DNA of 64,000 nucleotides from an uncultured archaeon (GCA_964584335.1 CAZOZN010000001.1:211882-275881), one strand, 5' to 3'. Positions 19,174 through 29,559 are shown, counted from the first letter of the stretch. A program made the numbers and translations. Notes: a model not told the origin generated them from the sequence alone.

Positions 19174-19536
19174 TCAAAATTCTTCTATTTGTGCTAGATA
19201 GACGTTTGATTCGCAAGGTAAATTTTCATTAATTATTTCTTTCATATAATTTGCTCTTTTCTTTGCCTTCTTTTTTATTCTTTCTTTTAGCTTTTTTCCA
19301 TTTTTCCAGTAAACTCCTATAACTTCTTTATGTACTCTTGATGAGTTATGGTATATTTCGAGTGATACTCTGTTCATGTAACCGTCCTTTTCCTCGAATA
19401 CCTTTTCTTCTGTTCCAATTATGTCCATTTCAGAGTTTTCTTCGTAATTTTTAAAGTTCTTGAGAAATTTTTTGAACTCAAAATTTTTTAACATGATTAG
19501 TTTTAGATATTTCCAAGGATTTAAATTTAATTTCAT
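19174..19536 (-). CDS. Hypothetical protein
   Basis: ORF abutting the next ORF on the same strand. Confidence 0.45.
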   Translation of the reverse strand: MKLNLNPWKYLKLIMLKNFEFKKFLKNFKNYEENSEMDIIGTEEKVFEEKDGYMNRVSLEIYHNSSRVHKEVIGVYWKNGKKLKERIKKKAKKRANYMKEIINENLPCESNVYLAQIEEF

Positions 19537-19661
19537 TTTTTAAATCAGTTTATCTAAATTAAAACACGGTGTCTTGAAGAATTATATGTTTACTATAATG
19601 CTTTTTGATTTAGGTTTTTTTGATTTTTTATACTTTTAATGTTAAATTATGAAAGGTAATT

Positions 19662-20528
19662 ATGGATATTTCGCTTGGTATAATTTTTGGTATTGTTTCT
19701 CTTTTGGGTTGGGGTATAGCCGACCTTTTGGCAAAGGTTGTTATTACCAAGTTCGGCGGTATAAGGGCCTTATTTATACAGCAGCTTGTTGGCCTTTTGT
19801 TTATAGGCGCATACTGCTTTATTTTTTTGACAATACCTGTAATATCTTTTGAATTGATGATTTTACTTGCTGTAACTTCGATTTTTGCTACATTCGGTTA
19901 CGTTATGTTTTACAAGGCCATGGAATATGGAAACGTTTCTATAGTTTCCCCTATAGTTTCGAGTTGGGCGGCATTGACTGTTGTTTTGTCGGTTGTGTTT
20001 TTTTCTGAGGTATTGAGTATTCTTCAATTCTTTTCTATACTTTTGATTTTCTTTGGTATATTTCTTACATCAATAGTGTGGAAGGATTTTAAGAAATCTC
20101 TTAAAGGGGGAATTTCAAATGGTGTTAAGGAAGCAATTGTGTCCATGGTTTGCTGGGGTATAGGTTTTACTCTTTTAAAGCTTACTGTTGATTCGCTGGG
20201 TACTATAATTCCAATTGTTTTTTTCAGGTTATTTTCTGTGGTAATAATATTGGCAGTATTGTTCAGGAGAAAGCTTGAGATAATTTTTAAGCCTTTTCAT
20301 TTGTTGCTAATAATAATTTTTTCCGGTATATTGGATGTTCTTGCTCTTCTTACTTACAATATAGCAATTACCAGTGAATTTGTTTCAATTGTTGCTCCAA
20401 TTTCTTCTGCTTTCCCTCTTGTTACAATAATACTTGCTCAAATATTTTTGAAGGAGAGAATGGTCCTTAACCAGAAGATAGGTGCTGCATTTATATTGAC
20501 AGGTTTAATACTAATTTCACTGATTTGA
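19662..20528 (+). CDS. EamA/DMT family transporter
   Basis: Two EamA repeats, ~10 TM helices, SIVSPI/SIVAPI, FLKER. Confidence 0.9.
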   Translation: MDISLGIIFGIVSLLGWGIADLLAKVVITKFGGIRALFIQQLVGLLFIGAYCFIFLTIPVISFELMILLAVTSIFATFGYVMFYKAMEYGNVSIVSPIVSSWAALTVVLSVVFFSEVLSILQFFSILLIFFGIFLTSIVWKDFKKSLKGGISNGVKEAIVSMVCWGIGFTLLKLTVDSLGTIIPIVFFRLFSVVIILAVLFRRKLEIIFKPFHLLLIIIFSGILDVLALLTYNIAITSEFVSIVAPISSAFPLVTIILAQIFLKERMVLNQKIGAAFILTGLILISLI

Positions 20529-20558
20529 TTTTTTAAAGAAACGTGAGGAATAAAAAAT

Positions 20559-21167
20559 ATGAAAAAAATAATTTTGATCGGGGGTTCTCCCACTGCAGGT
20601 AAGAGCTATACCGCAAGAAAGCTTGCCAAACAGCTTAAAATTCCTTGGATTTCTACTGATTCTATAAGGGGTCAGATGAGGAAAATAGTCAGAAAGGAAG
20701 ATTATCCTGCTTTATTTGAGCTTGATGGTGCCACTCCAGAAATGTCAGTGGAATTCCTGAATAGCAGGACTCCGGAAGAGGTTGTTAGCCAACAGGTTGG
20801 AGAGAGTGAGGATGTCTGGAAGGGTGTAAAGGCTCTTATCGAGACAGGGGATTTGGATGTTTTTATAATAGAAGGAATAGCAATATTGCCTCATCTAGTC
20901 CATGATTTTGTCAAATCGAGAAAGGAAGTAAAGGTTCTGTTTCTTGTTGACGAAGACAAGGAAAGAGTTAGAAAAACTATATTTACAAGGGGTTTGTGGT
21001 CAGACGCTGACAAGTACCCTGACGAAGTTAAGGAAAAGGAAGTTAAGTGGGTTTTTGAATTTAATGATTACATAAAGAGAGAAGCAGGGAAGTACGGGTT
21101 ACCGGTTGTCAATATAGGAAATCGTAAGGGTTATTTAGAGGAAGTCAAAAAAATAATAGATGAGTAA
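20559..21167 (+). CDS. P-loop kinase (2-phosphoglycerate kinase-like)
   Basis: ILIGGSPTAGKS, ISTD.IR, IIEG. Confidence 0.75.
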   Translation: MKKIILIGGSPTAGKSYTARKLAKQLKIPWISTDSIRGQMRKIVRKEDYPALFELDGATPEMSVEFLNSRTPEEVVSQQVGESEDVWKGVKALIETGDLDVFIIEGIAILPHLVHDFVKSRKEVKVLFLVDEDKERVRKTIFTRGLWSDADKYPDEVKEKEVKWVFEFNDYIKREAGKYGLPVVNIGNRKGYLEEVKKIIDE

Positions 21168-21375
21168 TGGTTTTATGAAAAACAAAATACTTGTTTGCCC
21201 AAAGTGCGGTTCTACTGACATAAGAATAGAGTTTGAAAATGCAGCAAAGGTAAGGCTTGGTGCTCCTTTGGACAGGATTTGTAATTCTTGCGGTTATAAG
21301 TCTACTTTCTTTCTTAGTGTCGACAGGGAAGATGTGGAGAAAATAAGGAAAGAAATTAAAAAAGGCAATAAATAG
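21160..21375 (+). CDS. Small zinc-ribbon protein
   Basis: CPKCGS...CNSCGY. Confidence 0.65.
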   Translation: MSNGFMKNKILVCPKCGSTDIRIEFENAAKVRLGAPLDRICNSCGYKSTFFLSVDREDVEKIRKEIKKGNK

Positions 21376-21411
21376 GTCAATTATTTTAATTATTTCTTTC
21401 AAATAATCTTT

Positions 21412-21816
21412 ATGAACAAAAAGTTATTATTATTTTTTTTGATTTCTGTCGTATTTTTGTCACCTTCAATAGTAAAGTCTGTTCCTGCCCCCTTTAATGA
21501 ATATTATTACAATCCAGAAACCGGTCAATGTATAAATCATAGAAGAGGGGATGAGAATTTGAATAATCCTGTTCCAGAGGGATTTTATTTCTCAGGTTTA
21601 GATGACTTTAACTGCACGGAAAAAATATTCAACGAAACCGAATACAGAGAATGCAAATCACAGGGTGGAGAATATGTTATGCTAAGTCTGGAGGAATATA
21701 ATTGTTATTTTGATTACAGTGAAGAAAAAAAGAACCAGTTTCATTCTTATTATATTTTTTCAATAATGTTTTTTGTTATACTTTTATCCTTGATTTGGTT
21801 GTATATGAAAAAATAG
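21412..21816 (+). CDS. Secreted/membrane-anchored small protein
   Basis: Signal peptide, four Cys, C-terminal TM helix. Confidence 0.6.
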   Translation: MNKKLLLFFLISVVFLSPSIVKSVPAPFNEYYYNPETGQCINHRRGDENLNNPVPEGFYFSGLDDFNCTEKIFNETEYRECKSQGGEYVMLSLEEYNCYFDYSEEKKNQFHSYYIFSIMFFVILLSLIWLYMKK

Positions 21817-21822
21817 CGACTT

Positions 21823-22119
21823 TTACATTCCAAAGTAAGCCGGGTCTATTTCTTTCCATTCTTTTTTGTCGTAGAATAGTGCTTTACTTATTACTTCTAT
21901 TGCTTCTTCGTCAAGTATTGTATTTTTCTCCTCTTCTATTACCAACTCTTTAACCGCGCAACAGCAAAAGTCTTCCACGCTATTGTATTGGCTTTTGTTT
22001 TCTACTATTTCTTCTATCTTTTGGTACTCTTTGCTTGGAAGATAAAATGAATGGAAAAGTTCACCATTATCTAAATATAATTCTATTTTCGGGGATTTTT
22101 TGTTTTGCATAATTATCAT
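21823..22119 (-). CDS. Hypothetical protein, ribbon-helix-helix-like
   Basis: LP...Y.KIE..V....Y.SVEDF...AV pattern. Confidence 0.45.
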   Translation of the reverse strand: MIIMQNKKSPKIELYLDNGELFHSFYLPSKEYQKIEEIVENKSQYNSVEDFCCCAVKELVIEEEKNTILDEEAIEVISKALFYDKKEWKEIDPAYFGM

Positions 22120-22179
22120 ACATACAAAAAGGATTTAAGTTAGTTTTTAAAGATTAAAAATAAAAATTAAATAGTAAAT

Positions 22180-22290
22180 ATGGGATTAAAAAAGCTGGTT
22201 AGGGAGTTTTTTATTGCTTTAGTTTTTCCTTTGATTTTATTATTTGTGTTGTTTTTGATATGGTATTTTTCCAGTTTTTATCCTTTGTAG
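22180..22290 (+). CDS. Small single-TM peptide (36 aa)
   Basis: Manual translation MGLKKLVREFFIALVFPLILLFVLFLIWYFSSFYPL; TTTAAA TATA upstream. Confidence 0.4.
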   Translation: MGLKKLVREFFIALVFPLILLFVLFLIWYFSSFYPL

Positions 22291-22329
22291 TATTTTTAAA
22301 CAATAGTAACCTATTTTTTTATGGTATAG

Positions 22330-23397
22330 ATGACTGATGATGAAAAGTCCATAAAGAAGAAGATAGAAGAAATAAAAAAAGACTTAGAGGGCGAGCCTGT
22401 AGATAGTGATTCGGAAGCTGAAGAAAGAAAACCGAATCCTGTTTTAATAATATTAGTATTGGTTTCTTTGGTGGCTATTTACTTTATTTTTACAAGTTTG
22501 GCGGTATACTTTGGCGAAGATAGCTCAGGTTCGGGTTACGAAGAACTTGCAACAACTACAGTAAACCCAAATGCCAACACTCTCCAGTTTTATATAGAGA
22601 GCATAAGACCAGATGAAGATTGCAGGAATGCTTCCTTTAACTCGGGGAGACCATGCACAAAAATTACAGTGTCGATAAAAAATAACTTTGAAGAATATAT
22701 AGATATAGATTATTCTCTTGTAAATGAAAGAGGTACTAAATATTATACTTTGTCCTCAAGTTATGGATTGTCTAATGATTGCTACAAGTCAAGTTCTTCT
22801 GAGATTATACTGGAACCGGATAAAAAAGAAAACTATACTTTTTGTTTCCCCTTAATCGAGAAAAGCGATAATACTGTTATGAATTTTTATTATGAAGGAA
22901 ATGAATATTCGTTCAATTTGACTGATTACGAATTTTTCGAGGACGAGGATTATGAAGAAGGCTTTGACTGCGAGGATTATATGCTGGATATATTGCCTTA
23001 TAATTTTACTGTTTCCAGAGAAGAAGAAAATTCAAGCTGGGGATTTAAGTGTGTCGGTGATGATGGAATTCCTTTCTCTTCTGATGGCGTAATTTTGATA
23101 AATAGGTTCAATGGAGGTTATTTTTTAAATGGTTCTGAAGTTGGTAAGAATATTAGCTATTTTTATCACGAGGGTTATTATGCTTTTGAATATTTTAAGA
23201 ATGTAACCAATAAACACGGATTTGTTTTAGGAAGCAGGGAGGCCGAGTTTAGGCCCATAGTAATGCCAAAAAGAGAAACTTCAAGGTATGACAATGAAAC
23301 TTGTTTGTTTGAAGTAGAGAAAATGGATGTCGATGTTGTTGATTATGAATTTTATTCTTGCAAATGGGTTACTGAAGATGGAGATATTGTGAGATGA
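22330..23397 (+). CDS. Single-TM protein with extracellular Ig-like domain
   Basis: N-terminal TM, beta-rich Cys-containing ectodomain. Confidence 0.6.
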   Translation: MTDDEKSIKKKIEEIKKDLEGEPVDSDSEAEERKPNPVLIILVLVSLVAIYFIFTSLAVYFGEDSSGSGYEELATTTVNPNANTLQFYIESIRPDEDCRNASFNSGRPCTKITVSIKNNFEEYIDIDYSLVNERGTKYYTLSSSYGLSNDCYKSSSSEIILEPDKKENYTFCFPLIEKSDNTVMNFYYEGNEYSFNLTDYEFFEDEDYEEGFDCEDYMLDILPYNFTVSREEENSSWGFKCVGDDGIPFSSDGVILINRFNGGYFLNGSEVGKNISYFYHEGYYAFEYFKNVTNKHGFVLGSREAEFRPIVMPKRETSRYDNETCLFEVEKMDVDVVDYEFYSCKWVTEDGDIVR

Positions 23398-23412
23398 GTT
23401 AAGGTAAGATAA

Positions 23413-23871
23413 ATGAAAGTAAGGAAATTCAGGAAGGAAGATGCTGAAGAAATCTGTGGTTTGGTAAAGGACAGTTTTAATAAGTTTGTATCCTCAAGTT
23501 TCACAAAAAAAGGGTCGAAAAATTTTCTGAATTTTTGCAACAGGGAAAATATAATAAAAAAATCCGAAGACAGTAATGTTTTTGTTGGGGTCATTGATGG
23601 TAAAATTGTAGGTACCGTTTCCTTTTCCATAAAAAAAGGGACCGGTAAGATAGGTTGGCTTTTCGTTCACAAAGATTATCAGAGAAATAATATTGCTAGA
23701 GCTCTCATGAGTAAGGCTGAAGAATTTTACGTAAGAAAGGGAATAAAATCTGTCAGGGTAAATTCTTCTGTTTATGCCCAAAAATTTTACGAGAAGCTGG
23801 GCTACAAGAAGTCAACCGGCCTGATAAAAAAGGATGGTTGGTTTTATCAGCCGATGGGAAAAGTTTTGTAG
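23413..23871 (+). CDS. GNAT family acetyltransferase
   Basis: LFVHKDYQRNNIA, AQKFYEKLGY. Confidence 0.88.
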   Translation: MKVRKFRKEDAEEICGLVKDSFNKFVSSSFTKKGSKNFLNFCNRENIIKKSEDSNVFVGVIDGKIVGTVSFSIKKGTGKIGWLFVHKDYQRNNIARALMSKAEEFYVRKGIKSVRVNSSVYAQKFYEKLGYKKSTGLIKKDGWFYQPMGKVL

Positions 23872-24207
23872 TTCTTATTTGGGCTTGAATTTTCTGCACC
23901 TTTTTTGGCAACCGGTGCCTAAGTGCATTATTTTTTCTTTATCCTCCTTTTTTTATCAGGCAGAAATCTGCAGTAGATTCCCTCTTTTTCGCAAAAAATA
24001 AAAAAGCTGTCTTTAGACAAGTGTTCCAACCCCCTTTTGTTTTTTAGGGGAGAAGCAAAATATCGCTGCTAATAATCAAAAAATGGACCACTGTATTTCG
24101 TGTGTCATCTGTGCCCTTACAAGTTTTATGAAAATAAGTATAAAAAACGGTTAAAAATAAAGTTTTAAATAAAAAAAAGATGTAAGACTATTTTACCCGC
24201 TCGTTTT

Positions 24208-24795
24208 TTATTTTCTTTTTGATTTCAGTTTTAGGAGGCTCTTTCTATTTCTATGTCTCGGGAATTTGCCCTTGTTTACGTATTTTATATCTTCAATAGA
24301 GTAGAATGATTTGGGGTTGAATTTTCTTATTTGTTTTATTGCATCTTTAAGATCCTTTCTGTTTACTATTGTTAAGAGTATTCTACAGGGCCCGCTTCCT
24401 CCCATCGCATTAACTGTAGTTACTCCGTAACCTTCTTCCTTGAGGAAATTTTTCAGCTTTTTTGTGTTCTTTTTGGTGAATATTCTTATTATTACTGAAC
24501 CCATTGCAAGTTTTTCTTCTATTATCAGCCCTATGTAAGTTCCTGCAGCAAATCCTCCCGCATATGCTATGTAGTTTATGGGGTTGTTCAGATTTTGCAT
24601 TATTTGGCCTATAGCCAAAAGCCATATTAGTACTTCAAAGAATCCTATAAAAGGTGATATTTTTTTCCAGCCTTTTGATATAAAAACTATTCTTAATGTT
24701 GAAAGCGATACATCCAAAATACGCGCGCAAAATATCAGTATCGGAAGTACAACTAACGAAAAGGTTTCAGATGTTAATATGAATACTGCTTCCAT
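24208..24795 (-). CDS. UPF0316 / DUF2179 family membrane protein
   Basis: ARILDVSLSTLR, GFFEVLIW, YAGGFAAG..G, GYGVT. Confidence 0.85.
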   Translation of the reverse strand: MEAVFILTSETFSLVVLPILIFCARILDVSLSTLRIVFISKGWKKISPFIGFFEVLIWLLAIGQIMQNLNNPINYIAYAGGFAAGTYIGLIIEEKLAMGSVIIRIFTKKNTKKLKNFLKEEGYGVTTVNAMGGSGPCRILLTIVNRKDLKDAIKQIRKFNPKSFYSIEDIKYVNKGKFPRHRNRKSLLKLKSKRK

Positions 24796-24929
24796 TTGTA
24801 AATCACCGTTAAAAACAATGTTATGAGACGGTAACTATTTAAAGATTTCTATTGTTTTCCAATGAAAAAAATAAATATATGATTTAATTTTTTATTTGTC
24901 TTTTCCAAATTATGTTTGGAGTGAAATAA

Positions 24930-25301
24930 ATGGTATTAAATATTTTTGTTTCTGTTTTTCTTCTTTTCATCGCTGTTGTGATTTATATTGCTCCTGTATT
25001 CTTTCTTAACAGGTTTTTTACAAAGGCAAAAATAGACCAGTACAACCTTAAGTTCTTAAGTTATGATTTTTCTGTTAAGAAGTGGGGTTCTCTGCTAATA
25101 CCTTTGCACTTTTTATCCCCATTTATTCTGATTCTTTTGTTTTCTTCCCTGGAATTGGTTGGTATAAGATTTTTTAGTGGCGAATTGCAGAAAAATCTGG
25201 TAAACTATTACTATCAGAGCATTTTTTCAGCTTTGGTAGTTCTTATAGTTACTGTTTCTACCGTGATTGACAGGCTGAATGCAAAAAGCCTTAAAAGTTA
25301 G
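24930..25301 (+). CDS. Membrane protein
   Basis: Three hydrophobic segments; GGAGTGA SD. Confidence 0.55.
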   Translation: MVLNIFVSVFLLFIAVVIYIAPVFFLNRFFTKAKIDQYNLKFLSYDFSVKKWGSLLIPLHFLSPFILILLFSSLELVGIRFFSGELQKNLVNYYYQSIFSALVVLIVTVSTVIDRLNAKSLKS

Positions 25302-25405
25302 ACAAATAACGTTCTTTTAATCTATAAATATTTTATTATACTAAATATTAGTCCAGAGATGAAGAGCTTTTTCTAATTCTGGAACCATAACTTGTGGGGG
25401 TTGGA

Positions 25406-25570
25406 ATGAAAAGAATTAGTGGTTTTTGTGAAAGGTGCGATAACTTTAGTCCCTTCCTTGAAGAAGAGGACTACCAGTGGTTATGTACTGTATGTAGAGA
25501 TCATGTAAGAAGACTAAATGACTTGGTAATACCTAGTTTAAGGTCTAATCGCATTAGCAAAAACAAATGA
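25406..25570 (+). CDS. Small zinc-ribbon protein (54 aa), paralogue of 62300-62449
   Basis: Manual translation MKRISGFCERCDNFSPFLEEEDYQWLCTVCR...; GTGGGGGTTGGA-ATG leader. Confidence 0.7.
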   Translation: MKRISGFCERCDNFSPFLEEEDYQWLCTVCRDHVRRLNDLVIPSLRSNRISKNK

Positions 25571-25658
25571 AAAAAATAAGAATATATGAGTTTCAGTTAG
25601 GGGTTGGTCTTTTATTTCGTTTAATACATTTTTAAATTACGGAGCCGAATAATTAAAC

Positions 25659-26375
25659 ATGAAAAATGTGGTTCAAATAAGTAATCTTTCTAAATATTTT
25701 GGCAGCTTGAAGGCAGTAGACAAGCTGAGCTTGAAGGTCAAAAAGGGTGAAATATTTGGACTTCTTGGCCCTAATGGTTCCGGAAAGACAACTACTGTCA
25801 AGGTTCTTACAGGACAGCTGAAACCTACAAAAGGAAAGGCAAAGATAATGGGTGTTGATGTTTTAAAAGAACCCATAAAAGCAAGAGAAATAACTGGAAT
25901 AATACCCGAGCAGGAAACTCCGCCGAGTTTTTTAACTGCGGAGGAGTATCTTCATTTTGTTTCTAAGATAAGAAAGATTGATGATTTTGAAGGTACCTGC
26001 GACCACTGGTTCAGTTTTCTTTGTTTTGATGAGGAAAAGGATGTTCTTTGCAAGGATCTTTCTAGAGGAACCAGACAGAAGCTTATGTTTGCACAGGCAT
26101 TTCTTCATGAGCCCAAGGTGGCATTTATAGACGAGCCTCTGATAAATTTGGATCCAATAATTCAGAGAAAGGTGAAGGATTATCTCAAAGATTATGTTAA
26201 AAAGGGAAATACTATATTTCTTTGTACTCATGTTCTTGAGATAGCTGAAGAGATTTGCACCAGAGTTGCCGTAATAGACAAGGGAAAATTGATTCAGGAA
26301 AGTTCTGTTAAGAATTTAAAGAAAAAAAAGAAGAAACTGGAAGATTTTTTCCTGAAACTCGTAAAAGAGGAATAA
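25659..26375 (+). CDS. ABC transporter ATP-binding subunit
   Basis: GPNGSGKTT, LSRGTRQK, FIDEP, CTH. Confidence 0.93.
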   Translation: MKNVVQISNLSKYFGSLKAVDKLSLKVKKGEIFGLLGPNGSGKTTTVKVLTGQLKPTKGKAKIMGVDVLKEPIKAREITGIIPEQETPPSFLTAEEYLHFVSKIRKIDDFEGTCDHWFSFLCFDEEKDVLCKDLSRGTRQKLMFAQAFLHEPKVAFIDEPLINLDPIIQRKVKDYLKDYVKKGNTIFLCTHVLEIAEEICTRVAVIDKGKLIQESSVKNLKKKKKKLEDFFLKLVKEE

Positions 26376-26376
26376 G

Positions 26377-27762
26377 ATGTTCCTGAAATCAATGATAAAG
26401 GAGGAGTGGAGGATACATTCTAGTCTTTTTGGTAATTTTTTGTTCGCTCTTTTTCCTTTTATGTTGCTTCTTTTTTCGTTTTTGGGCTCTTTTTTTGTAC
26501 CAATGTTTCTTTTTATTGTACCAGCAAAGACAATGGTGGTTTTAGCTCACTACATATTTCTTCTTTTCGGGGTTAGCGTGGGAGGATTTGGACTATTTGG
26601 CAGGGAGGCCATGAACAGAAGGTTTGGTCAGGCAAGCCTTATTGCTTATTCTTCAAGAAGCTTGCCTGTTTCTGAAAAGACCATATTTTTTTATTTTTTT
26701 GTAAAGGATGTAATTTTTTACTTCTTGCTTTGGATTTTCCCGATAATCGGGGGCATATTCATAGCGAATTCTTTCATTTCTTTGGGTATAAACATGCCTC
26801 TAATGACATTAACACTGACACATTCATTTCTTATAGGGCTTTCTGTTATTTTTCTTCTTTCAACTTTGTATGCTCACTCAAACAAAACGATGGTTTTGTT
26901 TTTTGTTTTTGTTGTTTTATTGGGAGCAGAAGCTTTAACCAGTAACTTGGTAATGGCTTTGCCTTCTCTTTCAGTTTTTTTCTATCCCAATATTACAAAT
27001 CTTTCCAAATCTCTTTTTTTCATAATAGTTCCTTCTGCTGTTTCTCTTGTTTTTCTAAAAATTGATTATCCACAGAGAGAAAGGCACTTTAAAAATTCTC
27101 TAGGGTCTCTTTCAAAAAAAATAGGCGGCAAGTATTCCCAGTTTGTTGCAAAAGATTTTCTTGATTTGAAGAGAAGCGAAGGCGGTCTTGGAAAAATAAT
27201 ATTTTCTTTCCTCTTTCCGCTTATGATACTGTGGGTTATACTTTTTGTTTTCTTGAAATTTTTGCCGGGTTCAAACATACTTGTTTTGTTCGCAATATTT
27301 CTAGGAATAATTTCTTCTTCTGTTTATAACTGGCTTACAGAATTCGATCTTTTTTCTACTTACGGCTTTCTTCCTATAAAAGTATCTTCTGTTATAAAAA
27401 GCAAGCTTATCAGTTTTTTACTGATAAATTTAATATCTTTTGTTATATTGTTTTTTGTTACTATAACCACAGCACAGTATATGTTTTTTCTTCCTGCCGT
27501 ACAAACTTTCCTCACAACCTCTCTTTATGCGCTTTCAATAATAATCTACTTGACAGGTCTTCATCCAAACAAGATGCTTTACAGCGCAAAAACATTCGCT
27601 CTTTACATATTTTTGATAGCTCCTGTTCTTTTGGTAATGATTTTTGTTTCCGTTTTTAACCCGTTTTTGCTTGCATTAAGTCCGGTTCTTATGATACCCT
27701 CTCTAAAGATAATAGAAATTTCTTTTGACAAGTGGAACAGCAGAGAAAGCCAGAATTTTTAG
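26377..27762 (+). CDS. ABC transporter permease
   Basis: ~12 TM helices, directly after the ATPase gene. Confidence 0.75.
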   Translation: MFLKSMIKEEWRIHSSLFGNFLFALFPFMLLLFSFLGSFFVPMFLFIVPAKTMVVLAHYIFLLFGVSVGGFGLFGREAMNRRFGQASLIAYSSRSLPVSEKTIFFYFFVKDVIFYFLLWIFPIIGGIFIANSFISLGINMPLMTLTLTHSFLIGLSVIFLLSTLYAHSNKTMVLFFVFVVLLGAEALTSNLVMALPSLSVFFYPNITNLSKSLFFIIVPSAVSLVFLKIDYPQRERHFKNSLGSLSKKIGGKYSQFVAKDFLDLKRSEGGLGKIIFSFLFPLMILWVILFVFLKFLPGSNILVLFAIFLGIISSSVYNWLTEFDLFSTYGFLPIKVSSVIKSKLISFLLINLISFVILFFVTITTAQYMFFLPAVQTFLTTSLYALSIIIYLTGLHPNKMLYSAKTFALYIFLIAPVLLVMIFVSVFNPFLLALSPVLMIPSLKIIEISFDKWNSRESQNF

Positions 27763-28253
27763 ATTTTTTCCATTTTTTTAAGAAGTTCTGATGCAATTTT
27801 TTTGTTCTTTTCGTTAGATTTTATGAATGCGATTCCCTTTTCAGGTATTCCGTAAATTATTGTTGTTTTCTTCTCTGAAAGATAAACACAAGGAAAAACA
27901 GAAAGGTCTTCTTCACCATCGACCTCTATTTTTGTTTTTTTGTTGCTTTTAAGGCTTTTGTTTACGGAATACCAGAGCTCGTCTGATATTGTACCCGGTG
28001 GGTTTTTTACCTTTATTGTTTCTTCTCCTATTTTTTTTATCTTCTCTTTTTCACTTTCCTGTATTTCTCCCCTTCTTGTTTTGTAATCGACTATGCAAAT
28101 CTTTGGCTCTATTCCATATTTGTCAAGAGTAAGAGTTACCATATCCCCTACTGATATTATTTCTTCTTTTATTTTTTTCAAGTCTTTTTCTTCTATATAC
28201 CCGTCTACGGGATTTTTTAGTTCTTTTCTTATCTCTTCTGGTATTTTGTACAT
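27759..28253 (-). CDS. DUF359 / GTP-dependent dephospho-CoA kinase
   Basis: SVGD.VT, IVDYKTRR, NPPGTI, VDGEEDL, YG.P..G. Confidence 0.88.
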   Translation of the reverse strand: MYKIPEEIRKELKNPVDGYIEEKDLKKIKEEIISVGDMVTLTLDKYGIEPKICIVDYKTRRGEIQESEKEKIKKIGEETIKVKNPPGTISDELWYSVNKSLKSNKKTKIEVDGEEDLSVFPCVYLSEKKTTIIYGIPEKGIAFIKSNEKNKKIASELLKKMEKI

Positions 28254-29038
28254 TGTATCATAAAAATATGGTAAAAATGTTTTTAAATAATAAATACAAA
28301 ATTTTATTGGATATTATGGGTATAGCATTCCAGAATATTTTTGAGCTATTGAGAATGATTGCTTCTTTAGTGCCAATACTTTTGCCGTTTTTTATACCTT
28401 ATCTTATAAACGAGATAAAACTGATAAGAAAGAGGTTCAGGTTTATAGTTTCTTATCCCAAGATAAAGAAAATATTGGCAAGCGTTGAGGATTATGATAA
28501 CACCTTCAAGAAGTATCTGGTTTTGTTTTCTGTAATTTTTGTTTCTATCTCTTTTATATTTACAATAATACTTAACTTCAATTATTCAATTCTGGGATTT
28601 CCGATTACAATAACAATTTTCTCAATACCTTTGTTTATAATATTTACGGGTTTTCTTTCCGTCGGCCCAAACGAGAATTTGGTTTATTCTTATGAGATTT
28701 TCAGGGGTTTTGTGTATTCTGTGATGATTACAGGGATATTCACTGCAAGGATTTTCATAAACGAGAGCCCTCTTCTCGTAATGCTTGTGTGCCTTTTTTA
28801 TCTACCTGCATTTTTTGACTACTTTGGTTGCCTTCAGATAAGACAATTCAAAAGAAATAAAATAAAAGAGAAATTAAAGAGAAACAACTACAAAAATTCA
28901 CCGAAGATAACAGTATTTACTACAAAGGAAGTTTCGGGCAAGATAAAGGATTTGTTTGACGAAGATTTTCTAATTTTGAGGAAAGGCAGCAAAGATATAG
29001 TTATAATGTGGAAGGAAATAAAGTGGATAAAGATTTAA
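28253..29038 (+). CDS. Multi-pass membrane protein (start uncertain)
   Basis: Several TM segments, small Sm-like beta C-terminus. Confidence 0.55.
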   Translation: MYHKNMVKMFLNNKYKILLDIMGIAFQNIFELLRMIASLVPILLPFFIPYLINEIKLIRKRFRFIVSYPKIKKILASVEDYDNTFKKYLVLFSVIFVSISFIFTIILNFNYSILGFPITITIFSIPLFIIFTGFLSVGPNENLVYSYEIFRGFVYSVMITGIFTARIFINESPLLVMLVCLFYLPAFFDYFGCLQIRQFKRNKIKEKLKRNNYKNSPKITVFTTKEVSGKIKDLFDEDFLILRKGSKDIVIMWKEIKWIKI

Positions 29039-29115
29039 TCCGTAATAAAGAGTTCTTCTATTTTTGCTTTCAAGGATTTTCTACATCACGGTCGGTTAAA
29101 AAATAAAAAAATAAG

Positions 29116-29559
29116 TCAGGGATTGTTTCCGCCCTGGTTGCCACCTTGTCCGCTGCCTTGGCCTCCAGAATCTCCATTTCCTCCCTGGTTTTCATTTTGA
29201 CCCTGTCCTTGTTCTGGATTACCTTCTCTTTGTCTGTTTCTTTCTCTTATTTTTTGTGCTTCCTGCTGGTGTTCGCGTACTCTTTCTCTTAATCTCAATC
29301 TTTGTATAAGCCCTTCCTCGCCTTTTCCTTCCAAGTATCCAATCTCGGCCTGCCTTCTTAGTGCCAGTTCCTCGTGAAACTCGGGGTCTCCTCCTCTAAA
29401 CATTCCCTGGAAACCTTCTGACCATCCCTGAAAGAAATAAAATGGGCTGTCGGGTGCTATTCCCATTGCCTGATTTTGTTGCTGGTTTTGGGCCTGAACC
29501 ATCGGAGTTATGGTTATTGCTAAGGACAAAAAGATTCCTAAAATTAGACTTTTTTTCAT
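29116..29559 (-). CDS. Secreted protein, DUF5667-like, with Q/G-rich tail
   Basis: Signal peptide, GIAPDSPFYFF, LA.RR.AE. Confidence 0.65.
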   Translation of the reverse strand: MKKSLILGIFLSLAITITPMVQAQNQQQNQAMGIAPDSPFYFFQGWSEGFQGMFRGGDPEFHEELALRRQAEIGYLEGKGEEGLIQRLRLRERVREHQQEAQKIRERNRQREGNPEQGQGQNENQGGNGDSGGQGSGQGGNQGGNNP

